Positions 38,950-50,775 of a stretch of DNA of 64,000 nt are shown piece by piece. Within the stretch, counting starts at the first letter, position 1; each line of letters begins with the position of its first letter. Both the position numbers and the translations under genes were made by a program. This stretch comes from Chrysomallon squamiferum. Taxonomy: Eukaryota > Animalia > Mollusca. The stretch covers positions 11,222,001 through 11,286,000 of the forward strand of contig CM022679.1 of assembly GCA_012295275.1 (NCBI GenBank). Direction: 5' to 3'. Under the pieces are notes generated by a model that worked only from the letters and a program-made list of their open reading frames with translations, was not told the origin of the DNA and ran no database searches.

Positions 38950-41900
38950 AATTTATCCAAGCGAATTTTAATAACAGACCGAAAAAGTAGAGCGTGTTCT
39001 AGTAAAAGATTAAAAAGATTTTTACACTGATATTTATTTGGACATATAATAAATATAACGAAACGAGGTTATCTATCCTTAAAGCTTCAAGTACCCAAAA
39101 TAAACGGCGAGATTTCCACAACACAAAGAATGTACAACATTCATTAGACTTTTGATTATGTGTGTAGATTATTAAATATAGCAATGTTAAGATTTTTTTA
39201 ATGCTTATCAGATTCCAAATTAGTTTTAAAAGCATTTAATTGGCTCCTATTATTTGTCAAACATTACAAAATATTAGCTGTAGAAATTTTTGTTTCTGAC
39301 TACTGATAATATTCTGTTCACACGACAGCACGGAAAATCATTATACAAGGGTTAACAGGTGGTGGGGGAGGCAGAGTTAAAACTAAAAACACAAATAGTG
39401 TACACTGGCAAACAAGATTACAAAATCCCAAATTTTCCCCATTCTAATTTTATGAATGTGAGCTCTTAATTATTTTAAATTACGTAAGTTTATATTCACT
39501 TGCCATTTCCCGCTAGCGTTCACGTCACGTGATATTCGGATAACATCTGCAGTTCACCTGATTTCTAGGAAAAATTGCTTTCTGAAAGAAGTTCTTGGAA
39601 GTAGACGGCGTCATTCTAATAACAATAAATACAAATAACAATAACAACAACAGTAAAAATAATAATAATAATAATAATAATCATAATAATAATAATTTTG
39701 AAATAAAAACTACCACAAAAAATTTAGGAAAGAATTATACATGCAATCCAAACAGAAAGGAAAACGAAACAAAGTAATTCTTCGAGAAAAAAACAATACT
39801 GTTGATTATGCAGTTTTCTGGAAGCACGAACAACACGTTAAACTTACGAAGACAGGAAAATGAAGTGGTTGCATCATCTGACTTGTTCTGCAGGTAGTGG
39901 GACTCATTAACATAATTACTATGTGTGCACATCTATATATTTTAGTAAAAGCAAAGGATTAGGATAACAATAAAAATAAATTTAAAAAAAATATAATAAT
40001 AATAAATAAATGAAACTAGTATACATACATATACATACATATACATACATATACATACATACATATACTAATACATACAAATATACTGGTTTACCACTTT
40101 AAAACTGGAATGTGTCCAAATTAACTTTCTTTTTTCCTAGCAAGAACTGAAGGAGGAGCAACAGTAGGCTTACAGCCCAGCATTTTATATAAAAATATAT
40201 ATATTAAATTTAATTGTTACTTTTGTAACTTTAGTTTTAAAAAGCATTTAAATATTTATTTTATTATTATCATTATTATTATTAGTCGAAGTAGTGGCAG
40301 TAGTATTTTAATTCATGATTTGGTTAAATCTGTAAAATGAATATTATTATGCATAAAAATTTGAATATATTGCTATGTTCAATTGGAATAAATAATTTAT
40401 CCAAACAAATTTAGGTGTTTTCTTAATAACAGACCATAAGTGTAGAGCATGTACACTGATATTTATTTGGACATATAATAAATATAACAAAATGAGGTTA
40501 TCTATCCTTAAAGCTTAAAACACCCAAAATAAACGGCGAGATTTGCACAACACAAACGAAGAATGTACAACATTCATTAGACTTTTGATTATGCGTGCAG
40601 ATTATTAAATATAGCAATGTAAAGATTTTTTAATGCTTATCAGATTCCAAATTAGTTTTAAAAGCATTTAATTATCTTCTATTATTTGTCAAACAGTACA
40701 AACTATTAGCTGTAGAAATTTTTGTTTCTGACTGCTAACAGTATCCTGTTCACACGTCAGCACGGAAAATAATTATACAAGGGTTAACAGGTGGTGGGGG
40801 AGGCAGAGTTAAAACTAAAAACACAAATAGTGTACACTGGCAAACAAGATTACAAAATCCCAAATTTTCCCCATTCTAATTTTATGAATGTGAGCTCTTA
40901 ATTATTTTAAATTACGTAAGTTTATATTCACTTGCCATTTCCCGCTAGCGTTCACGTCACGTGATATTCGGATAACATCTGCAGTTCATCTGATTTCTAG
41001 GAAAAATTGCTTTCTGAAAGAAGTTCTTGGAAGTAGACGGCGTCATTCTAATAACAATAAATACAAATAACAATAACAACAACAGTAATAAAAATAATAA
41101 TAATAATAATAATTTTGAAATAAAAACTACCACAAAAAATTTAGGAAAGAAAGAATTATACGTGCAATCCAAACAGAAAGGAAAACGAAACAAAGTAATT
41201 CTTCGAAAGAAAAACAATACTGTTGATTATGCAGTTTTCTGGTAGCACGAACAACACGTTAAACTTGTGAAGACAGGAAAATGAAGTGGTTGCATCATCT
41301 GACTTGTCCTGCAGGTAGTGGGACTCATTAACATAATTACTGTGTGTGCACATCTATATATTTTAGTAAAAGCAAAGGATTAGGATAACAATTAAAAATA
41401 ATAATAATAATAATAATAATAAATATAAATAAATGAAACTAATATACATACATATACATACATATATATACATACATACACTAATACATACAAATATACT
41501 GGCTTACCAGTTTAAAAAAGGAAGGTGTCCAAATTAACTTTCTTTTTTCCTAGCAAGAACTGAAGGAGGAGCAACAGTAGGCTTACAGCCCAACATGTTA
41601 TACAAAAATATATATATTAAATTTAATTGTTACTTTTGTAACTTTAGTTTTAAAAAGCATTTAAATATTTATTTTATTATTATCATTATTATTATTAGTC
41701 GTAGTAGTGGCAGTAGTATTTTAATTCATGATTTGGTTAAATCCGTAAAATGAATATTGTTATGCATAACAATTTGAATATATTGCTATGTTCAATTGAA
41801 ATAAATAATTTATCCAAACAACTTTAGGGTTTTCTTAATAACAGACCATAAGTGTAGAGCATGTACACATATTTGGACATACAAATAAATATAACGAAAT

Positions 41901-42654
41901 GAGGCTATCTAGCCTTAAAGCTTAAAACACCCAAAATAAATGGCGAGATTTGCACAACACAAACGAAAAATGTACAACATGCATTAGACTTTTGATTATG
42001 CGTGCAGATTATTAAATATAGCAATGTAAAGATTTTTTAATGCTTATCAGATTCCAAATTAGTTTTAAAAGCATTTAATTATCTTCTATTATTTGTCAAA
42101 CAGTACAAACTATTAGCTGTAGAAATTTTTGTTTCTGACTGCTAACAGTATCCTGTTCACACGTCAGCACGGAAAATAATTATACAAGGGTTAACAGGTG
42201 GTGGGGGAGGCAGAGTTAAAACTAAAAACACAAATAGTGTACACTGGCAAACAAGATTACAAAATCCCAAATTTTCCCCATTCTAATTTTATGAATGTGA
42301 GCTCTTAATTATTTTAAATTACGTAAGTTTACATTCACTTGCGATTTCCCGCTAATGTTCATGTCACGTGATATTCGGGTTTATATTTGCAGTTCGCCCT
42401 GATTTCTCGGGAAAAATCGCTTTCTTAAAGAAGTTCTTGGAAGTAGATGGCGTCGTTTCTGAAAACTTCTTAATCAAACAGTTTCTAAATAAGAAAATAA
42501 TATGATTTTTTAATTTTTATTTAAAGAAAAAAAATAAATCATACCCTCATGGAGATATATAAAATTATATTACTTTTATTTTAAAGATGTTGCTTCCGAA
42601 AAGCTAATAGTGTCTGAATATTTCAAATAATTTTTTTTTTTTTTAAATTTGCAA

Positions 42655-42685
<31 letters not shown>

Positions 42686-44470
42686 ATATATAAATAAATA
42701 TAATTATTAAAGTTGGCATAATAATTATTGAATACATAAATAAATACATAGAACTTTGCTCATATCCCTGTCTATCATAAAAGAACTACAGCTAAAAAAG
42801 AAAAGAAAAAGAAAGACAAATGCTTGTCAAAATGGATTTTATATAGTTTGCATTTCGATTTTAATTCAATGTTCTAATAACAAAAAATAACAATAACAAC
42901 AACAGCAATAATAATAATAATAAGTTTGAAATAAAAACTAAAACAAAAAACTTAGGAAAGAAAGAATTATACGTGCAATCCAAACAGAAAGGAAAACGAA
43001 ACAAAGTAATTCTTCGAAAGAAAGACAATACTGTTGATTATGCAGTTTTCTGGTAGCACGAACAACACGTTAAACTTGTGAAGACAGGAAAATGAAGTGG
43101 TTGCATCATCTGACTTGTCCTGCAGGTAGTGGGACTCACTAACATAATTACTATGTGTGCACATCTATATATTTTAGTAAAAGCAAAAGATTAGGATAAC
43201 AATAAAAATAAATTTAAAAAAAATATAATAATAATAAATAAATGAAACTAGTATACATACATATACATACATATACATACATACATATACTAATACATAC
43301 AAATATACTGGTTTACCACTTTAAAACTGGAATGTGTCCAAATTAACTTTCTTTTTTCCTAGCAAGAACTGAAGGAGGAGCAACAGTAGGCTTACAGCCC
43401 AGCATTTTATATAAAAATATATATATTAAATTTAATTATTACTTTTGTAACTTTAGTTTTAAAAAGCATTTAAATATTTATTTTATTATTATCATTATTA
43501 TTATTAGTCGAAGTAGTGGCAGTAGTATTTTAATTCATGATTTGGTTAAATCTGTAAAATGAATATTGTTATGCATAAAAATTTGAATATATTGCTATGT
43601 TCAATTGGAATAAATAATTTACCCAAACAAATTTAGAGTTTTCTTAATAACAGACCATAAGTGTAGAGCATGTTCTAGTAAAAGATTAAAAAGATATATA
43701 CACTGATATTTATTTGGACATATAATAAATATAACGAAATGAGGTTATCTATCCTTAAAGCTTAAAATACCGAAAATAAATGACGAGATTTGCACAACAC
43801 AAACGAAGAATGTACAACATGCATTAGATTTTTTGATTATGCGTGCAGATTACTAAATATAACAATGTTAAGATTTTAAATGATCGTCAGATTGCAAATA
43901 TGTTTTAAAAGCATTTAATTGGCTTCTATTATTTGTCAAACAGTACAAAATATTTGCTGTAGAAATTTGTGTTTCTGACTGCTAATAGTATCGTGTTTAC
44001 ACGTCAACACGGAAAATAATTATACAAGGGTACACTGGTGGTGGGGAAACACAGTTAAAACTAAAAACACAAATAGTGTACACTGGCATTCAAGTTTAGA
44101 AAATCCCAAATTTTTCCCCATTTTAATTTTATGAATGGATCCCTTAATTATTTTAAATTACGTAAATTTATATTCATTTGCGATTTCCCGCTAATGTTTA
44201 TGTCACGTGATATTCTTGTTTACATTTGCAGTTAGCCCTGATTTCTCGGAAAAATTGCTTTCTTAAAGAAGTTCTTGGAAGTAGATGGCGTCGTTTCTGA
44301 AACCTTCTTAATCAAACAGTTTCTAAATAAGAAAACGTATCATAATTTTTTTTAAAGAAATAAAAGAAAGAAGAATAAATTTCATTTTAAAGATTTATTT
44401 CCGAAAAGATAATAGTGTCTGAATATTCCAAATAAAATATTTTAATTTGCACTAAATAAACAACAACAGC

Positions 44471-44506
<36 letters not shown>

Positions 44507-44760
44507 CATCATCATCATCATCATAATTTTGAAATAAAAACTAAAAGAAAACATTTAGGAAAGAAATAATTAAACATGCAATCCACTACGAAATGAAAAT
44601 GAAACAAAATAATTCTTCGAAAGAAAAATAATACTTAAATTTTATTGTAAAGTTACGGTGGTAGGCTTACAAATAAGCAATATATTAATATAATTATTAT
44701 GTGTGCACATCTACATATTTAAGTCAAAGCAAAAGATTAGGACAGCAATAAAAACAACAA
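38950..44760. repeat. Tandem segmental array of four ~1.4-1.8 kb units immediately upstream of SOCS
   Basis: The landmark ataattta(t/c)ccaa occurs at ~38950, ~40392, ~41805 and ~43614. gggttaacaggtggtgggggagg occurs at ~39348, ~40781 and ~42188, and in diverged form at ~44028. aagaactgaaggaggagc occurs at ~40142, ~41555 and ~43364. Unit 4 is partial and the most divergent. Confidence 0.95.
39505..44280. promoter_or_regulatory. Four copies of a putative STAT-responsive enhancer module (E2F-like TTTCCCGC, E-box GTCACGTGA, paired GAS sites)
   Basis: Unit 1: TTCTAGGAA 39563-39571 + TTCTTGGAA 39592-39600. Unit 2: 40995-41003 + 41024-41032. Unit 3: TTCTCGGGAA 42404-42413 + 42434-42442. Unit 4: TTCTCGGAA 44243-44251 + 44272-44280. 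Additional TTCTTCGAA at 41199, 43010 and 44613. Function is inferred from motif consensus and position. Confidence 0.65.
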
Positions 44761-44894
44761 CAACAACAACAATAATAATAAAGAAATAAAACACTACTAA
44801 TTGAAGAAGATCTGCTTTAAAATAAGTAAATAAATAATTGTTTAATACTCACAGAAGTCATCCTGCTTCGTTGACGTTTTGTTTGAAAATAACA

Positions 44895-45215
44895 CAGCCA
44901 GCCACGTGGCTGATCACTTCCTGGTTCATCAAATATAACAAATCAATAGCCAAATACACTTAAACTTACCTAATTATCTGATGATAAAGCAGACGTTATT
45001 ATTACATAACTGTTTAATTTAAGAAACGAGAAAACATGACTCCTTTTCAGTAAATTTTCATTATAGCGATAGTTTCTTGGAACTGTTTGCCGATTACCGA
45101 GAAATGGGATTTCCCCGATTCGCGCATGCGTAATTTAGGCTTTGTTTTCGAGGAAACTGGCTCTTAGCCGCGCAATAGACCGAAAGTTGATCCGGCGATA
45201 CATAAAAGACACACA
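44895..45215 (+). promoter_or_regulatory. SOCS proximal promoter with GAS, NF-kB, NRF1-like, ETS and E-box motifs
   Basis: E-box palindrome cagcCACGTGgctg 44899-44912; ETS CACTTCCTG 44916-44924; TTCTTGGAA 45074-45082; near-GAS TACCGAGAA 45095-45103; kB GGGATTTCCC 45106-45115; GCGCATGCG 45122-45130; TTCGAGGAA 45147-45155; TATA-like CATAAAA ~45201. The region is locally CpG-rich. Confidence 0.7.
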
Positions 45216-45312
45216 CAGGGATGGATGACATGAGAATTAAGTCAACAGCCGACAGAAGAACATATTGTTATTTCGATTTAACAGTTGAAACAATTTCTAA
45301 CAACAACTGGAT

Positions 45313-46047
45313 ATGTCGCCTGATTCTGGCAAAGTTATGGCTAATTATTCTGTAAGACGCAACTCAAAGTCGAAACTCCTTACTAACGATAACAGGAATT
45401 TAAATCGCTGTACGCAGCTTCAAAATTCAAGTACAGTGGAGAAATGTAGACAAGAAAAAGAAGATTCGAGATCAAAATTCTACCAATATTTGCCAATTCT
45501 ACCAGAGCAGGATTTTGCGGCACTGAATAAAAGTGTAGAGATGTTGATCGAATCCAGTTGGTATTTCGCCGATTTCAACAGTGCCGATGCCAAAGCCGTT
45601 CTTTCAAAAATGGACGTTGGAACGTTTTTGGTTCGTAATAGTTCGGATCCTAATTATTTGTTTTCTCTCAGTGTGAAAACTGAACGCGGTGCCACTAGTG
45701 TACGGATTAGATATGTGAGGGGGTTGTTTCAGTTCGACTGTGAGGATTCTATAAAACATAAACTTCCGAGGTTCGAAAATGTTGTTGAACTAGTCGATTT
45801 TCACGTAACGCTGTGCAAGGAAGATTCAACCAGATATTGCAGATGGCTTGAAAATTCAGGAAGGAGAGATTTGGCTGTAAAGTTAAAGAAACCGTATTTA
45901 AGCAGCGTTCCATCTTTAAAACACTTGTCCCGGCTGGCTATCAACAGAACGTTAAAAGACCTGCATATTCCACAGATATCATCATCTAGGCTGCCGATTC
46001 CAGATACTGTAAAACATTATTTGCAACAGTACCCATATAAAGTCTGA
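45313..46047 (+). CDS. SOCS2: Suppressor of cytokine signaling, SOCS2/CIS-like (type II SOCS), 244 aa, intronless ORF
   Basis: Extended SH2 subdomain (DFAALNKSVEMLIESSWYF), SH2 domain (GTFLVRNSSDPNYLFSLSVKTERGATSVRIRY...F), and C-terminal SOCS box (VPSLKHLSRLAIN...LPIPDTVKHYLQQYPYKV). Exact orthology within CIS/SOCS1-3 is uncertain. Confidence 0.93.
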   Translation: MSPDSGKVMANYSVRRNSKSKLLTNDNRNLNRCTQLQNSSTVEKCRQEKEDSRSKFYQYLPILPEQDFAALNKSVEMLIESSWYFADFNSADAKAVLSKMDVGTFLVRNSSDPNYLFSLSVKTERGATSVRIRYVRGLFQFDCEDSIKHKLPRFENVVELVDFHVTLCKEDSTRYCRWLENSGRRDLAVKLKKPYLSSVPSLKHLSRLAINRTLKDLHIPQISSSRLPIPDTVKHYLQQYPYKV

Positions 46048-46546
46048 CAGCCTATGTAAGACTCGGGTTACTTTTAGTATCGCTTCAAAACGCTTTGGTT
46101 CGGAAAGGGAACATGAAGAAATTTTGTTTACCAAAACTTGATAAATTAAAAGGCCAGTACTGTTGGACAATCAAGAAAAAACAGTTTTTCATAATTTCTT
46201 CACGTATGTATTCATCACAATGCACGCCATTAATATAGCTGTACTTTCAGTAGTAAGCGTACAAGTTAAATTATATCAGAAAACAAAGTAGTTCGTCAGA
46301 TAACTTTTGTTTTCTCTTTCTTGGAAAATAGACTGGTGTTTGTCATTTATCGAGTGAAGACTATTGGATAACTGAGAAGAATTCCTGACTCGAATTTTCT
46401 CATTAATTTTAAGTACATTAAATTTAATTTACTTTTTATTTATTGCTAAAGCATATATACTTATCTGAACAAAAAACAAAAAATATTTATGCCAAATAGA
46501 ATAAAATGAAGGATATGTATAAATTAAGTTTTAAGTGTATCATGTA

Positions 46547-46577
<31 letters not shown>

Positions 46578-46671
46578 TTGGATTAAACGTGAATTATATT
46601 TCAAATAAATACACTAACAACTATTAAATAGCTTTCTTCAATTTTTTTTAATTGATTAATTTATTTATTTG

Positions 46672-46722
<51 letters not shown>

Positions 46723-48259
46723 TGGCTTCTTTTAACAGCTTTTATTATCTACCTCAGGTTAAGAATGTCAGCACTTATCAGTAATCATTTTGTATGTTTG
46801 TACGTCTGCTTCGGGCACTGTCAGTAAAAGGGTAGTAGACCAGTTTATTGTCGTCTAAATATTTAAATACGCATTTATCATTCAAACAGATTTAAATAAT
46901 AAGTAATAATATTTATATTTATGTTAAATGGACATTATGTAAATTAATCATAATTTATATTTGATGTAATGTATTTCACTTTTGTTGAAATATTACGGTT
47001 GTTGTTTTTACTGATGTTGTTATTTGTTCTGTGTTAGTAATTAAAACATTAAACACATTACAAATATTTTGTCAACAAAATGTACGTAATGAAAATATTT
47101 ATTTCTTTCATTCGTTGCTCTTATTATTATTAATACTGTAGTAGTAGTAGTAGTAGTAGTTCTTGTTGTTGCCTGTCTTTTTGCTGTATTTCAAATAGCA
47201 AAGCAGATCGTGTCTATCGAGATAAAAGTTAATCTACTTAGCCATTCTCAGTCTGTTTGTGGCTACGACCCTAGCTCTACTCAGGTTCCCGAGCTTCTTG
47301 AAACAAGGATACAACACGAACAAAATATCTCTTTCTTTCGTTCTTCAGTTTGAAACTCCTTTCGAGAATGGGTGGTCTACATAAACTTACAGTTTCAAAT
47401 TGTTAACTAAACGTCTTAGCATCTAACACGTTAAAAAAAAATCACTGAACATATTATTATTATTATTGTTTATCCTTAATTTACTTTACTTTCCTCAGCT
47501 TTTATTTCATGGATTTTGTTTCTGTTTTGACGAAGTTATTTTTATGACATTACTGTTGTTATACCACTGAACTTTTGAAATCAGATACTGTGTAATTGTT
47601 GTTATTGTTTTTCATGAAGTTGATGTAGGCAGTTGTTATCGTGGGTGTTAGTGGATAAGGGATGGGTTTTTAATCGATTTATTTACGGTTCTTTTATATT
47701 TTAACAAAGGCTTTGTAGAGTTTCGATTAATAGATTTCGTTGAGTAATAGAATAACAATAATAACAATATGAAACTAAGAATGTGGCCCTTCTCCACTCC
47801 TTGATTATTATATGAGGGTTGGAAACGTTTATTTATTTATTTATTTATTTATTATTATTATTATTATTTTAGACAGTCCTTTAAAATCCAGACTAAAAAG
47901 ACGGATTTACATTCATATTTACAACTGTTACTAATGTTTAAGAATGCTCGATACGGTTAAAATATAATATTATACAAGTAATGCTGTGGCTGGAAGAATG
48001 AATGGTCACAGTATCTGCTTTCGATCAGGGTGTGTGACTATGAATCACGCAGATTCGTGTTTTACAGTAGCTAGTGTAGATTAGAATGTCATTCACTGAA
48101 CAAAGGTGTATGTGTGTGTAAAACTCTCATAATTTTAATAGTCCTTAGAAAGTGATCTGCATTTTTTTAAATTAATAAGACAAAGGAAATTCTTTAAATA
48201 TAATAATTTCTTCTCGTGTAATATTTTATTTTTACACGCATCATATGGATTCTCATAAA

Positions 48260-48309
<50 letters not shown>

Positions 48310-50528
48310 CAACAACAACCCCCCCCCCAAATCCAAAAACTTAAAAATGAATGAATGAATAAATAAATTACGTACACTGTAACGATATATCTGTATTGTT
48401 AAATTTAATTTGGGTTCGAACGAAGATGTGAAAACTAATATTCTGCTAAATCTTATTACAAGGAAATGATACTAATTAGCTACAAGTGATACTAGTTTAT
48501 ATGTATATATCTATGTATGTATGTGTATGCGTGTGTGTAAATGTATGTATGTTCGGGTAAATCCATCGATTCATATACTGACACACAGATAGACAGACAG
48601 ATAGATAAATAGACAGATGGATAGATAGATATAAAATTAGACTGATGGAAGAATGGATAGATGGACTGATAGAAGGTTATCAATGACAACAGTAGAATTT
48701 TGATAATTAGATCAGTTTGTCGAGATTACGCCAAACATAGAAGATGTATACATCATTTTCATTATATCCTCCAACAACATATTCATTAAAAGTGTCTATA
48801 GAAATTACAACCAAATATGATACGATGTTTACATACATTTTTATTTTCATTTTATTTTTGTATCCATCACTAAAATCGAAAATAACAACATAATATGTTT
48901 ATAATTATAAACACCATTGCCATGATTCGACGGCTTTGAATTGGGGCCAAACAATATAATCAGTGATCCAAAGACATAAACAAGCAGGATGTAAAAGATG
49001 GGCAATAACAACACGTTGTGACAGGTGTTTGAATCTGCTAAATAGAGCGTATTTTTATGATTGTTTCGGTGACTTAGAGTGCGTTTGTACAGATATGTAC
49101 GTACGTATGTTTGTATGTTTGTATGCACGTATGTATGTATGTGTGAAAGTATGTTTGTATGTACATGTATGTATGAATGTATATATATGTCGATGGATGG
49201 ATGGATGGATGGATGGATGTAAGTATGTTAGTTTAATTTTCTTTTCTTTCATTTATTTATTTATTATTATTATAATTATTATTATACAGATAATCAAATG
49301 CTCTTTGATCAACAATAGATGCGAAAAAAAAAAAAGAAAGTAAGAAAAAACAAAACAACTGTAACGCAATTCTGTATCAATACGTCCATAAGACTCAGGT
49401 GCAAAATATATATATAGAAATTTTATTTTTTAAACTTTTAAAATTCCGAGTATGTTTTCGTATAACAGTATTTAATTTTGTTCTACAGCGCACAGTCACA
49501 CTCACGAACACACCCATACGTCTATTAATAGAGACCACTGCTATAAAAGGAAGAAATGACACATTTCATGTTATATCCGTTAACTCTCCTTTTTATGTCG
49601 ATGGGAAATTCAGACACGTACCTAATGACTTGTGTTGACTGAAAGCTAATCAGAGGAAATAACTATTGCTTGATATTAGTTGTTTATGATTTAAGAAATT
49701 GAAAATTATTTATTTATATGTTTGTTTTATTTTGTTATTGTTGTTGTTGTTTGGTTTATTATTATTATAATTTATGTTTTAACTAATGATATAATTTCAT
49801 TAACTTAAACTGATTAATAACAACAACTATATTTAAACTATATTATTTGACTCATTGGGAACTAATTCGCAGTTTTAATATATCACTAATAAATTATTTC
49901 ATATTTTATGTGACAAGGAACAGTTTTCAAATTTTTCTTATACAACTTCCCGCAAATTAAAAAGTCTTTATGTTTACCTTGCCTGAAACCAGGAATTAAA
50001 AAAAAAAAAAAAAAAAAATTAGAATCCTTTATCCTGATGACGTGTCCGCCTGCGTATAGTGATGTAGAATAAAAGGCGCTAAAATAATTGTTATATCCTG
50101 CTTCTCATGACAAACAGCAAGTTTCCCACCAATCAGATGTTAATAATTAATGGTCACCGAAGTTACGTTGTTGAAAGGCGCCTTTTTAATGGAAATGAAT
50201 ACGGATCATTGTCGAAATTCAAAAAACGAAATCAAAAGTCCTGCTTTCAGTTGTCAGTGACAGTACTGCTAGGTTCCGTGAAAGTTTTAATGTAGATTTA
50301 ATTGGTATGTAAATCAATACCGCATGAGTTAGCGCGTGCGTTTGATCTCATTGTTGGTGAGCTACATCCTGCAGAGACGGTACATTTATGATAAATTAAT
50401 TCACTCAGTAATATAGTCATGTATGCTGATAGGATATATGTGTTATGCAATCTGATGTATCCATATGTGTAGGCCTCTTTATGTATGAATCCTCTCTCTC
50501 TCTCTATGCGTGAGTGGTTGTATGTGTT

Positions 50529-50569
<41 letters not shown>

Positions 50570-50629
50570 GGCCTATCATTCTAGAACAGTTAAATACGGT
50601 CACTAAATAATAATTACAATAATAAAACA

Positions 50630-50660
50630 TATTATTATTATTTATCATCATCATCATCAA

Positions 50661-50748
<88 letters not shown>

Positions 50749-50775
50749 CATTATTATTATTATTATTATTATTAA
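50630..50775. repeat. (ATT/ATC)n microsatellite
   Basis: Visible trinucleotide run. Confidence 0.9.

Noticed and set aside
38950-44760. Repeated short ORFs (MEVDGVILIT..., MCTHSNYVNESHYLQ...) suggesting a tandem gene family
   Set aside because: They start at non-ATG codons, run through (AAT)n tracts, are frameshifted between units and match no domain. They are by-products of the non-coding repeat.
45313-46580. SOCS as a processed retrocopy (intronless ORF, AATAAA at 46500, A-run at ~46553-46577)
   Set aside because: Intronless coding regions are normal for SOCS1/SOCS3-type genes, A-runs are ubiquitous in this window, no TSD was seen, and the gene has a native-looking STAT/NF-kB promoter.
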